The notes under the pieces are model-generated. The model had not been told where the DNA came from and did not search any database. It saw nothing but the letters and a program-made list of their open reading frames with translations. A stretch of DNA of 64,000 bases from the human T2T-CHM13v2.0 reference genome, Homo sapiens. Shown one piece after another: positions 1-23,452 of the stretch; within the stretch, counting starts at the first letter, position 1; each line of letters begins with the position of its first letter. The translations under genes and the position numbers were made by a program. The stretch lies in NCBI RefSeq assembly GCF_009914755.1, contig NC_060947.1, one strand, 5' to 3'.

Positions 1-973
1 CTAAAGGCAGGAAAATGTTATGCATTAATCAATTATACTTCATGTATAACAAAAATCAACTTTCACCCAAATCAGCTTTTAATTATGTGACTGTTTCACA
101 AATCTACTATGGTAGATGTAAAATTCACTTAACCCTGAAAATTCCTGGATCAAAAAGGGATAAATGACGTCATACCTATGATAAATAATGAAAACTGAAA
201 TAATATCAAATACCAAAATCTCAAATATCCATTTGCATCTCGTTAAAATGCTTTGAATTTCTCCCTGTTCCTTTCCCATACCACCATCCAAGTGTGCATG
301 TGTGTGCTGATGTCTTTTGAAGGTGGAACATGAATTCTGTCTTCAGGGTGTAATATCTTATGTAAATTTAGAATTTTTAGTTACCTTTTTCAACAAACAG
401 AAAAGAAATGCTTAGAGTTAAGCACATTCACATGCCTACACATTAGATTGAGATTGTTCATTCATATATATATATATATATATGCCTCAAAAGCTGAAAA
501 TATTCAAAATATAAAGTCCAAAGTGCTGTGAACTACACTACAGATGTACTGGAGAGATCTGAAGCCAAATTCAAGGTCAAGGATGTCAGCAGCAGCCATG
601 TGATTGATATAGGGTTAGAATGTAAGTCAGCAACAGCTACGCTCTTGGTTATGTACCATCTAGAAGGCAGCTGAGACTACTTTGAAGCAGGGCAAAAAAC
701 CAGAGTTGCTATAGAACCCTAAGTATTCTGCAAAGTCCCAGAGCCTTCAATTTCACCTTGTGGATTAAGCAGAGAAATGACACAATAAAATAAATTTTAC
801 TCATTCTCTCCTGGGCACTCTGAGACGCAGAAAGAGTCTACCTTAACCCTTAGGGAAAAATCTGTTTCTCTTTTTATGTGTATAACAGACACTTTCTCTT
901 GGAACTGTTCTGGATGCCAGTGTCTCTATTGATTTCATCAACAGCCATAGCACTAATCATGCATGCCAAAGGA

Positions 974-988
974 GGGTCATGATGACCT
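974..988. promoter_or_regulatory. Perfect consensus estrogen response element (function untested)
   Basis: GGGTCA-TGA-TGACCT = RGGTCAnnnTGACCY in sequence that I do not recognise as a repeat. Confidence 0.55.
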
Positions 989-2202
989 ATGAAGAGATCT
1001 TAGGAGTAAATATTCCCTATAGAAGGCTCCTGGTTTCCAAACTGTTTACTTTCCTAGCTAGAACAGCCAGAATGACCAGTCCCCACAAAGTAACTGTTAT
1101 TTGCTCAAGCTTAAGTAACTCTGCAGGCTTCATGGTGCTTGCTGCCTTATGATTCTATCTCCTTAGTCTTTTTTTTTTTTTTTTAATAAGACTTCTCACA
1201 TCGATACAAGTGCTAGCTCTTAAGGCTATTTTTCTCCAACAAACATTGCAGGCCATAAAGACGTTCAATAGCAATTAGCTTTTATTGTTCTCATCTCACT
1301 TATGTGTATAGGAGCCATCAAAATGTAAAATGCACACATCCTCTGACTTAGCAACTCCCCTTCTAGGAATCTATCCCTGCAGATGTGTTCGCGCGTGGGT
1401 GCAAGGATATATGTACATGGATACTAATTTGCAGCATAAATTAAAGCAGCAAAATAATGGACACAAACTAAATATGAGACTGGTTAAATAAATAAGGATG
1501 CAGCCATATAGCATACAGCAGAGCAAGCACACCGAAGACATCCCTGCACATTGATGTGGAATGATCAGTATATAAAGCAAGGTGGGAACAGTGTCTGGAG
1601 CATGCTACAAAGTTGTTTTGTTTGGTTTTGTTTTGAGACAGGGTCTCGCTCTGTCACCCAGGCTGGAATGCAGCGGCGTGATCACAGCTCACTGCAGCTC
1701 AACCCCTGGGGCTCAAGTGATCCTCCCCCTCAGCCTCCCGAGTAGCTAGGACTATAGGTGCATGCCACCATGCCCAGGTAATTTTATTTATTTATTGTAG
1801 AGGCAAGGTGTAACTATGTTGCCCAGGCTGCTCTCAAACTCCAAGACTCAAGCAGTCCTCCCGCCTCAGCCTCCCAAAGTGCAGGGATTACAGGCATGAG
1901 ACACTGCACCTAGCCAAGATCTTTTTTTTAAACGCAATACATATTCATATGTGTGTGGCTAAGTGGGTATACACACACAAAAACACACACACAAATCTCT
2001 GAAATAACTAAAGAAATGCATCAGCTGAGCTCCTGTAGTTTCAGCTACTTGGGAAGTTGAGGTGGGAAAATCACTTGAGCTCAGGAGTTCGAGGCTGTAG
2101 TGCGCTATGATCACACCTGTGAATATCCAGCCTGGGCAACATAGTGAGACAGCCCATCTCTTTAAAAAGGAAAAAAAGAAAGAAAGAAATGGATCAAAGT
2201 AG

Positions 2203-2541
<339 letters not shown>

Positions 2542-3179
2542 TGATCCGCCCGCCTTGGCCTCCCAAAGTGCTGGGATTATAGGCATGAGCCACTGCGCCC
2601 GGCCATGTGTAAAAATTTTTTAACGCACGTACACACACCCCCAGTAAAGAATAATCATCAAAGAATTAACCTTGCCAACACTATCTAACAGTGGCACCTA
2701 CTGGTAAAATCACTTCCTATCCCAAAGTATATCTTAGAAAAGAAAACCCATAGTTTTCCTGGCACAGCCATTTCAGCTATTAGTCAGGAAATATGTTTAT
2801 ATTAAAGGCTCATAAGGAACCCTTCATTGGTATTAGGCCTTCTGAGCATAAGACTTAAAAGTACCATCTGGCTGGTAAGTTATGGTTCATTATGGTTTGA
2901 GTTACAAGCTATAAAAAAAAAGAGTGAAGAATGCTTCTATGTGCTTCCGTGGGGTGATCTCCAGCATACAGTGTTAAGCAAAAAATGCAAGGCAGGAAAA
3001 AACTGTGCAGAGTATGCTACCATTTCCCTAAGAAGGGAAGTGGATGACAAAGACATACAGCTTTACTTATATGTAAAAAATGGGAAGATGAACCAAGAAA
3101 AAAAAGAATGAATGCTTGCCATAAGGGAAGGGATTAAACAGGCTACAGGGGACAGAAATAGAACTAGATTTCTCTAAAT

Positions 3180-3350
3180 CAGTGGTTCTCAACCAGGGCG
3201 ATTCTGCCCCTGCCCCCAAGAGATATTTGACAATATCTGGAGGTACTTTTAGTGTCACAGTTGGGCAGGGGTTAGGGAGTGATACTGGCACCTAGTGGGC
3301 AGGAGCTCCCACATACAACAAAGAATGATGTGTTCCCAAATGCCGATAGC
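3180..3350. mobile_element. MER20 hAT-Charlie DNA transposon relic
   Basis: cagtggttctcaaccagggcgattctgccc ... acaacaaagaat ... ccaaatgcc. Confidence 0.75.
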
Positions 3351-3354
3351 ACAG

Positions 3355-4590
<1,236 letters not shown>

Positions 4591-5012
4591 CAATCGCGAT
4601 TGTGAGGCGCGAGCTCCATTAGAAGTAGGTGCCCAGCAGCAGGGACACGACTGGGTGTGCATGGGTGGCTGGCAAACAGGCTGACTGAAGGCCAACCATC
4701 ATCTTGCAGAACTCGCTCTGTTAGTGGTGAGCACAGTAGCATGAGGCAGAAGGCAGAGGCAGGTAAAGAAAAGAGGTCAGGAAAGGTTTCCTCAGATGAA
4801 TAGGAAGTTGTTGGTAACTGAGTTGTTGTTAATTAAATTTTTCAATGCTTTTATTGAGATTCCAGGGGGAGAGGGATTTTAGGCAGGTGGACATCTCAGG
4901 TATAGGGAACCTCAGGCTGTATCTGAAAAACTAGTTTAGATTGTCCAAACGTAAAACTCAAAGCATGTAGCCTGGGCAACATAGTGAGACCTTGTCTCTA
5001 CAAAAAAAATCA

Positions 5013-5159
<147 letters not shown>

Positions 5160-5576
5160 TCAGGATGCCATGGGATGAATCAGCAAAGCAGCAGGTGACA
5201 GAGCACAATGGCTTTGGGACCCAGCCCAGAATCCTGGACTGAATATTTTAAGGGAAAAGAAACTGATGGAAGATGAGGACTGGCAGCAGAATCACTGTCG
5301 CTTTTGTTTTAGAAAGACAGATGACCACCAGTGTGGAAAATAGGCAGACTGGTGATGAGTCTGGAGACAGGACAGCTCATTTATTTATAGTAGATGTTAT
5401 AAATTGTTGTCACAGCCGATTTAATCCTTTCCTAAACATTAAGCTTGAAAGCTGCGACAAAGAGAAATCAGTCCAGGATTGTGACTGTCTTTAAGGCATA
5501 GCTGAGAAGATGGACTATCAAGAACAAAGGAATTTAATATAAGAATAATGTAATTTAAAATGTTCTGGTGCTGTAA

Positions 5577-5943
<367 letters not shown>

Positions 5944-5983
5944 TGACAATGACTGGACCCAGAAAGATAAACAAGCCACTTAC

Positions 5984-6027
5984 CAGAGGAACTGGGGCAT
6001 TTGGCCTAAACTCTGTGGAATCAGCAT
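5984..6027 (-). CDS. CTPS2: CTPS2 exon 13 (44 nt), last exon in the window
   Basis: (D)ADSTEFRPNAPVPL; cttcag|ATG ... CTG|gtaagt; cumulative CDS 1296 nt. Confidence 0.95.
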
Positions 6028-6131
6028 CTGAAGATTAAGAAAAGAGTTCAGTAATTCACCAATAGTGCTGAAAAATATTTGAAGAGAGAAAATTTTTTAA
6101 ATAAATGGTCATTAGCAAACCTCGAACTTAC

Positions 6132-6194
6132 CTTTCAAGTTAAGGCAGTTTCTTGCAAACTCTATCACTGCTAGTTGCATCCCAAGACAAACTC
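6132..6194 (-). CDS. CTPS2: CTPS2 exon 12 (63 nt), catalytic Cys399 (GVCLGMQ)
   Basis: (G)[20 protein letters not shown]; aaatag|GAG ... AAG|gtaagt. Confidence 0.97.
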
Positions 6195-6523
6195 CTATTT
6201 TAAAAAGCACATATGCAAAGCAAATGAACTCACTTTGTATTTGTTCACATTTTCTGTTCATTTGTTGGCTGCCTGTCTCCCCTATCTAGAATGCAGACTC
6301 CCAGAGAGCAAGACTCTGCCTGTTTTGCTCCCTGCTGTCCTCTCAGAAGAATCCCTGACAGAGAGCAGGGCAGGGGCTTAGACTATCATGAAGCCGCCTA
6401 AGTCCCAAAGTTGACAAAGAAGGAACATGAGGTCAGAAAAGTGCAGGGTCAACTGGGCGCAATGGCTCAAGCCTGCAATCTCAGCACTTTGGAAAGCCAA
6501 AGTGAGCAGATTACTTGAGGTCA

Positions 6524-7332
<809 letters not shown>

Positions 7333-8528
7333 CTAGATTTGTCCCTGAGTTGAGGCATCTTAGTGGGCTGCAGTGCCTGATTCCTTCAGAGAACATCTAA
7401 CACCCCAACTCAGAGGGAGTTTCCTGGGCTAAGATTTCCCACTCCTTCTCATGGTGACTTCACAGCCATAAACACAGGCTTGGCCAGAGGTTGAGTGCCT
7501 ACAGGACGTCAGGCTGCTAACCCACAGGCAGCCCCATAGCCTTCACTGTAAGGAAAAGCAGCAGTGGGGGGTGGGGGTTGGAGACTCCACAGTGGGCTTG
7601 AGCATGGTGGGCAGCAGGGAAGGAGACACGATGGGCCTGAACAGAGTGCTCGGTGATGAAGGAAGGCAGACCTGTGTCGCCCAAGCCTGTTGCCACAGGG
7701 ATGCTCCCAGACCCAGCTCCGCCTTCACTGCAGTTCACCAATTCTCTCCACTAAACAAATGCCAAAGAGCATCCCAGATGCTCCTCCGATAGATACTTAA
7801 GATGTACACAGGGGAAACAAAGAAGGGAGCAATCAATATATCAGGGATGCCAGAACAGAAGTCAATAAGCAGGAAACAGCTGAGTGCTGGGGGGTGGGGG
7901 TGGCGGTGAGGGGGATTTCAGAAAGTTCCATATGGCTGGGACATAAAGAGATGCTATGCTAGAGGGAAAGCTAAAGACCTGCAAACCATTCCATACTATT
8001 AAAATAATCTGAGGAACATTACCCACATTTAGACAGAAACTTCAAAAAAAAAACAATGGCCCCCAACGAGCTTAGACCAGTAAAAGAAAACAAGGTATCC
8101 AGGTAACTACTCCAGTCTTCTATTTTGAAAATGGATCCTAAGAGGAGAGAGTCTAAGAAGCTAATCAAAGAGCAGGTAATGGGGGGAAATAAATGGTCTG
8201 CTGGCACTAAAAGCCTGTCCAATGGGCTCATAAACCCACCCAGCCATCCACTGCACAGTGGGAAACACAGCCTCTCTGCACTCCCCCTCCTGCCTGAGTC
8301 CCCAGCTACAGGGCTGCCTCTCCCGCATCAAGGTCCCATTTCCTCTGGTTTCCCTGGTACAGAAGCCGTACTTCGCAATTTGAAAAAAAAGCATTAAAAA
8401 GGCTCAACTCGGCCGGGCACGGGGGCTCAAGCCTGTAATCCCCACACTTTGGGAGTCTGAAGTGGGCAGATTGCTTGAGCCCAGGAGTTTGAGGCCAGGC
8501 TGGGCAACATAGCAAGACTCCATCTCTT

Positions 8529-8560
<32 letters not shown>

Positions 8561-8704
8561 TTAGCCAGGCACAGTGGTGTGTACCTGTAGTCCCAGCTAC
8601 TCTGGAGACTGAGGTGGGAATTGGAGAAGGTAAGCACAGTTGCAGATGGAGCCTTCTCCCAGCCTCTGCTACCCAGCTGGAATAGCAGCAAGTTCTCCTA
8701 GGAT

Positions 8705-8915
8705 GAGAAACGTTTTCTGTAAAGGGTCACATAGTAAAGATTCTAGCCTCTTTCAGATAGTAAAGCTTCTAGGCCGTAGGGTCTGAAACTCTGACGTTGG
8801 ACCACAAAAGCAGCCATAGACAATATGTAAACAAATTGGTGTGGCTGTGTTCCAATAAAGCTTTATTCATAAAAACAGGCTGTGGGCCAAATTTAGAATA
8901 TAGTTTGTTGACCCT
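8705..8915. mobile_element. MER58A-like hAT DNA transposon
   Basis: ttttctgtaaaggg ... gcagccatagacaatatgtaaac ... tgttccaataaagctttatt ... gaccct. Confidence 0.75.
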
Positions 8916-9049
8916 ATAGCAGACTATTTGGCACCTGAACTTTCAAATCCGAGTTCACACCTTTACGATAACAAACCTTTAGTGTTACCCCTCCTAGGTG
9001 TCAAAAATCTAATAAACTCATAGTTAGGGTCAATAAACATGAGTTTTAC

Positions 9050-9144
9050 CCAGAAAAGGAATCTTCTTTGTCCTTGCCCAAGAAATCGCCTGGAGTTTTC
9101 CCAATGTTCCTCTGATTCCAAAGCCTCCAGGCACAAGAATACCA
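9050..9144 (-). CDS. CTPS2: CTPS2 exon 11 (95 nt), PGGFG oxyanion strand
   Basis: [32 protein letters not shown]; tttcag|TGG ... TGG|gtaaaa. Confidence 0.96.
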
Positions 9145-9757
9145 CTGAAATCAATACAAAATGAGGGTAAACTTGACTATCCATTTTTTTTTTAAACTAG
9201 TGTATTCAGCCATTCGTGCAATGCTTGGTCCAATCACTAGTGACTATGCTCAAGCTCTATTTTCAGAACCAATTATATGACTTCACACCCTGAACTTTTT
9301 TTCTGAAATCTTCCCAATGTTATGAAGAAATTGTGACAATTTCTCACAACTGACCTCAATATATATTTTACGATAAGTCTTTGTGGCATCAGAGCATACT
9401 AACTGAGAAACCCAATTCAATTAAGAATGCCACTGGGAAAAGAAACTGAATGAAAATAGGTTAAGGTTCTTTCAAAACACTATTATAAAAATGTTAAGAT
9501 CTCTGACATCATCAGAAAGAGTTAAATTGGAAAAATCAGCCTAAGATTTCAAATGCTAATTAAGTAGTGGCAAATGAAAATTTCTTGGCTAGAAGACTTC
9601 ACAGACCTAGGCAAACACAACAGCAACACAGTTCAACAGAAAACCCAGGAGGATCATGCTAACCTCATGATGCAATGCTGCCCCCAAGAGTTCTGTCAAT
9701 TACTTACAAAATAAAACCTAAAATCTAAGACATGTGGAAAATATCATCAAGAGAGAA

Positions 9758-16466
<6,709 letters not shown>

Positions 16467-16529
16467 AAAAAGAGAGAGAAAAAAAAAGCTGTCATTCTTG
16501 TACTTTAACTTTGCATATGTAAGATTCAT

Positions 16530-16597
16530 CTCTGCATCTTCCAGGAGAATCAACACACTTTCCCTCTGCATCCTTCAGGAGAATCAACACACTTTCC
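16530..16597. repeat. 34-bp x2 tandem duplication
   Basis: ctctgcatcttccaggagaatcaacacactttcc / ctctgcatccttcaggagaatcaacacactttcc (2 mismatches). Confidence 0.92.
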
Positions 16598-16832
16598 CAC
16601 AGTATCCCCATCCTCCCCAAATAAAACCATTTCTATGCACATGCCACCAGCATTAACATGGCACATTTCAAATCAACGCAGTATGATCGTGGAACAATCA
16701 CCTGCAAAGACCACAAGTACTCCAAACTACCTTTCAAAATGCATGAAAATTAGCAATTAGGGTAAACTGAATCATTACAGAAAAAGTACAATGGTCCTAT
16801 CCTAACTGGTGTGCGTGGGCCCTGGTACTCAC

Positions 16833-16921
16833 TCAGCTTTGCATAGCTTCTGCCAAGCTTCATGAAATTTCACAGGGTCCTCGGTTTCAGTGATCTTCTC
16901 CAGATCAATGGAGTCTATGTA
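16833..16921 (-). CDS. CTPS2: CTPS2 exon 10 (89 nt), encodes His355/Trp358 of the filament (cytoophidium) interface
   Basis: [30 protein letters not shown]; ttttag|TAC ... TGA|gtgagt. Confidence 0.96.
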
Positions 16922-18042
16922 CTAAAAAACATCCAACAGATAAAAGGAGTATTTAAGAAAAATAAACACTCAAAAATACTGCAGCCATCTAATACTATGA
17001 CACATTATTCAATAATTACTTATTATGCAAACACTGTACTGGGCACTAGGGATAGAAAAACAGTCTCTGTTTTGCGGCTCTTATAATCTTTCAGAAAGAT
17101 TACAAAACCAGATAAACGGGCATCCACACTATACTGTGATAATGGCTATGACAGACAAAGAAGAGAACGATGCAGAAGTAACTTGGGGTCAACCGCGTGG
17201 GGTGGCACGTGCCTGTAGCCCCAGCTACTTGGGAAGCTGAGGTGGGAGGATCCTTTGAGCCTGGGAGGTCCGGGCTGCAATGATCCCTGATTGTAACACT
17301 GCATTCCAGCCTGAGTGACAGAGTGAGACACTGTCTCAAAAAAAAATTTAAAAAAAAAGCAACTAGGACGTCACTAGAACTGAACACTGGAGGAAAGACA
17401 GGAAGGATTGACGTCAAGGAAGAGCTCTGGGGAGGTAATGTTCAAGAAGCCAGCCGAGAGGAGAGCAGAAGCAAGATAAGCACGTGTGTGATGGGAGGCA
17501 GCAGGAGACAAAGAGAGGAGGGGAGAAGGGCATGAAATCTCCAGCAGGCCGGGCGCATTGGCTCATGCCTGTAATCCCAGCACTTTGGGAGGCCGAGGTG
17601 GGCAGATCATCTAAGGTTAGGAATTCAAGACCAGCCTGGCCAACGTGGCAAAACCCCGTCTCTACTAAAAATATAAAAATTAGCCAGGCATGGTGGCAGG
17701 TGCCTGTAATCTCAGCTACTCGGGAGGCTGAGGCAGAAGAATCACATGAACCCAGGAGGCAGAGGTTGCAGTGAGCTTAGATTGTGCCACTGCACTCAAG
17801 TCTGGTCAACAGAGTGAGAGTCCGTCTCAAAAAATAAAAAAATAAAAATAAATAAATAAAAAAGAAATCTCCAGCAAAGGAACCACTTATATGAAACCTC
17901 AGAGGAAAAAGAGAGAAAGTGGTAGCCACTCTGGGACCCTCAAAAAAGGCCCCACCCAGCGAGAGGACAGACCTGATTGGTTGGAGGAAGGCAAGGGACG
18001 AGGCTGAGAAGCCATGACACAGACTTGACACTTGAAGCCAAT

Positions 18043-18411
18043 TGCAATGGTTTGAATGTCTGTGTTCCCCCAAAATTCCTATGTTGAAATCCCAACTCCC
18101 AAAGGAATGGTATTAGGAGGTAGGTGGGGTCTTTGAGGGATGATTAGGTCAAGAAGGCAGAGCACATAGGAATAGGCTTAGTGCCCCTATAAAAAAGGCC
18201 CCATAGACCTCCCTCACCCCTTCCGCACATGGGGATATAACCAGAGGTTGGTCCTCTGCACCCAAAAGAGGGCCCTCACCAGAACCCGGCCACATGCTGG
18301 CACCCTAATCTTGGACTTCCAGCCTCCAGAACTGTGAGAGAGAAATGGCAGTTGTTTGTAAGCCACCTGGTCTATGGTACTTTGTTACAGCAGCCTGAAC
18401 AGACTGAGACA
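18043..18411 (+). mobile_element. MLT1A-like MaLR solo LTR
   Basis: tgcaatggtttgaatgtctgtg...ccaaaattc...atgttgaaatcc ... tttgttacagcagcctgaacagactgagaca. Confidence 0.75.
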
Positions 18412-18719
18412 CCACTGAAAGATCTTAAGTAAAGGGACGACAGGAACAGAGAGAACCGAGAAAGATTTTACAATGATCACTCTGGTAGAGTGTGGCAAAG
18501 GCAGGGAAGACTGGCAGCTGGAAACCAGCCCGGAAGCCGCTGCAGCTGCAGCAAACCAGGAGAGATAGACAGATGCAGCCCAATCTTAGAAGGAAGATGA
18601 CAAGGCCAGGATTCAAACAGTACTTAGGAGAAGCTAATGTCAATGAATCCTATCAGATGAAGCATCATGTGCACCAATTCTTATGTATATAACAGTCCCT
18701 CTCTATCTATATTAGTTTA

Positions 18720-18998
<279 letters not shown>

Positions 18999-19367
18999 CT
19001 AGGAGAAAGGGCGAGACCCTGTCTCAAAAAAAAAAAAAAGAAAAAGAAAAGAAAAGAAAAAAAAAAGACTATTCAAATAAACTTTAAGATACAAATTTCT
19101 AAAGGCTTTATAAAATGTATATGTCATGGCAATTTTTCCATTGCCATTTTCTTTTTTTTACATAATGGGGCGGGCGACTTGAAGGAGTGGGAGGAATGGG
19201 AAGTAAACTATTCCTTAGAAAGCCAAAAGTAAAAAGTGATTAGGGGCTGGTCATGGTGGCTCACGCCTGTAATCCTAGCACTTTAGGAGGCCAAGGCAGG
19301 AGGAATTGTTTGAGCAGTTCGAGACCAGCCTGGGCAACATAGCGAGACCCCGTCTCTATAAAAATTA

Positions 19368-19673
<306 letters not shown>

Positions 19674-19927
19674 TTAATTAATTAAAAAATAATAAAATAA
19701 AATTTTTAAAAAGTGATTAGGAAAGAAGGAGGCTAAAAAGAGGAGAGAGAAACAGCAGCTAGTTCTCCTAAGCTAGTGTCAAAGTGGAAGCCATTAAATT
19801 TCTTTAACATATAAATGGATCTTTTTACTCATTATACAAAGTTTTTGCCATTTAAGTCAAGATGATAAGACTTGCTTAAACAATGATATACTCATACTGA
19901 ATATCATTAAATATAAATGTGAGATAG

Positions 19928-20188
<261 letters not shown>

Positions 20189-20669
20189 TAAGTTTTTTTT
20201 ATAGAGATGAGGTCTCCCATTGTTGCCCAGGCTGGTCTTCAACTCCTGAGCTCAAGCAACCCACCTGGCTCAGCCTCCCAAAGGGCTGGGATTACAGGCG
20301 TGAACTACTTCGCCTGGCTTATGCTTTGTTTAAATGTTTTACTCTAAACATGTACTACTTCCGTTCTTATATGGAAGAATATACTCAAGCTATATAAGAT
20401 AACTACGCCTCTGTTATTCCACAATACTGAGTTTCCAAAACAAATAATCACTGTTTGCTAGCTATCATTCCTCCAAGTTAGAGAGGGGAATATAGTATTT
20501 TAAAAAATCTAGATTCCATTCCAATGCTAAAGGGAAAAAATGTCCTATTATTTTCCTGTTAGGCAATTACGACGTACTTAAACGAGCATGACAAGCATGC
20601 TCATTCATCTGAATGTGCAAAGCCTACTTTCAGAAATGTGCCTTAAACCTACATGTAGAAAACAGCTTA

Positions 20670-20846
<177 letters not shown>

Positions 20847-20979
20847 TCAGGAGGCTGAGGCACAAGAATTGCTGGAACGGTGAAGACAGAGGTTGCGGTG
20901 GGCCGAGATCATGCCACTGCACACCAACCTGGGCGGCAGAGGGAGACTGTGTCTCAAAAAAGGAAAAAAGAAAACCGTT

Positions 20980-21490
20980 TACACAGCAAGCCTGGCTGCT
21001 GCCCTTGGAAAGGCCTGCTACAAGATTGAGACTTGACTGGCTTCTGGAAACTCTGATTTTGGGAGGGTTCCCATCATTCCAAGAACTGATAGGAGAAGCT
21101 CACTGTGCTGAAAGTGTCTGTACAGACAACATGGTTTCTGCTGCATGCTTTCCTTCTGGGAGGCTGGCATTTTGGGAAGTGCTAAGAAGAGGGTGCCTAC
21201 GTGACCAGCCCCCAGTAAAAACCTTGGGCTTCAAGTCTTCAATGAGCTTCCTTAGTAAATGGCAGTTTGCATGTATTATCACAACTCACTGGACTCTACC
21301 AGGGGAGAGCACTTAGAAGCTTGCGCCTGGTTACTCCTAGACTTCACCCTGCACGACTTTTCCTTGGCTGATTTTGCTTTGCATTGTCTGGCTATAATAA
21401 ATCTTAGCTATGAGTATAACTATATGATGAGTCCTGTGAGTTCTTCTGGTGAATCGTAAGTCCTGCAGGTGATCTCAGGGACCCTTTAAC
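20980..21490 (+). mobile_element. MER21-like LTR fragment adjacent to exon 9
   Basis: ccttggaaaggcctgct...gggagggttcccatcattcc...tgagtcctgtgagttcttctggtgaatc. Confidence 0.6.
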
Positions 21491-21564
21491 AAAACTTGCC
21501 CCTCTGGAACATGTGCTATTGGCATGAATTACTGAGATAGCCAAAAGACCAGGCCAGGACTCAC

Positions 21565-21697
21565 CATCAGATTCAACTTGTGGTTGATGGCCAGGGCTGA
21601 GTGTTCCAGGGCTTTGAACACAGAGGCGTAGCAGTCTCTGAGCTTGGTGTATTTGCCAACCAGGGCTATGGAGCATATTTTCTGTAACCTTTCATAC
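21565..21697 (-). CDS. CTPS2: CTPS2 exon 9 (133 nt), start of the glutamine amidotransferase domain
   Basis: [44 protein letters not shown]; cccag|GTA ... ATG|gtgagt. Confidence 0.97.
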
Positions 21698-22869
21698 CTG
21701 GGAAAGAAAACAAACTCAAAGGTTATATGCACATAACAGAACATCACAAACAGAACAATGGCAGCTGCTGCTCTTACTCCAAGGCACTTTTTAAATCCTC
21801 GGGAGCAGCTGTAGTCCTAGCTACTCAGGAGGCTGAGGCGAGAGAATCACTGAAGCCCAGGAGTTTGAGACCAGACTGGGCAACATAGTTAGACCCCGTC
21901 TCTACAAAAAAATACAAAAATTAGCCAGGCGTGGTGGGGCATGCCTACAATCCCAGCTACTCAGGAGGCTGAGGTTGGAGGATCACTTGAGCCCAGGAGA
22001 CCAAGGCTGCAGTGAGCTATGATCACACCACTGCACTCCAGCCTGGGCGACACAGTGAGACACTGTCTCATAAAACAAAAACAGAAATCCCAACGTTGTT
22101 TTACACAAGCAGGTACAGATAAAAATTCAAGTATATCAGAGAAAAAGTTAAAAGCATTAAAAGTAAAAATTGAAAAGCTATCCCAATCTCATAAACATGA
22201 GCTATTCTTACATTGGTTAATAAGGTGACATTGTATAAAAAAAATGCATTCTGCGTGTCAGTAGGAAACATTCCAATATTAACTTTGTAAGGTGACATTG
22301 TGTAAGAAAATGCATTCAAAGTGTCTACATTTAAAATGGTTACATTCCCAGCTGACCCACAAAAGTCTGGTTATTCATGGCATGCCTGAAGAATGGTGCT
22401 GAGAGAACGATTTAAAATATTACTAGCCATTTAGATCATTTTTATGAGAAAAATTCCATTCTACAGAAGACACTCAATCACATTTTACCATTAGAGACAC
22501 AATTTTTAGTGTTGCTTTTGTCAGGAAATCTGTTCAAAGAACATGAAAAATATCTGGTTTGGTATTAGGTACGTGGAAATGTCATCTTGGGGCTGAAGGT
22601 GTTTTAGGGCTTTGAAGCAAACCCTTCCCCAAACACCTTAGAAAAATGTTACCATGATGACGAATATCTCTCTTGAATATCAACATCTGCAAAGAGTGGC
22701 CGGGCACGGTGGCCCACACCTGTAATCCCAGCACTCTGAGAGGCCAAGGCAGGTGGATCACCTGAGGTCAGGAGTTCGAGACCATCCTGGCCAACATGGT
22801 GAAACCTCGTCTCTACTAAAAATACAAAAATTAGCTGGGCGTGGTGGTACGCACCTGTAATCCCAGCTA

Positions 22870-23058
<189 letters not shown>

Positions 23059-23248
23059 CTATGTGTGGGAATAATGCACCAGAAGCTAAGAAGTCAAAAC
23101 TGACAGGGAAGGTAACTTTCTAGAAAGATGACTAAAATAGCTGATAAAAGGTCACTAAAAGGTGACTAAAATAGTTCAAGCTGCTAACCCTTGAACTCAC
23201 TACTTTATTTTATGTTGCTCTGGAGGTTTCACAGCTGTCTGTATCTCA

Positions 23249-23452
<204 letters not shown>

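Noticed and set aside
2691-2705. CTCF-like motif (reverse complement CCAGTAGGTGCCAC) and similar ones near 3287 and 26515
   Set aside because: They mismatch at core positions and cannot be told from background without ChIP data.
22221-22317. CRISPR-like repeat-spacer-repeat geometry
   Set aside because: Only two imperfect repeats, in human intronic DNA, with no cas genes.
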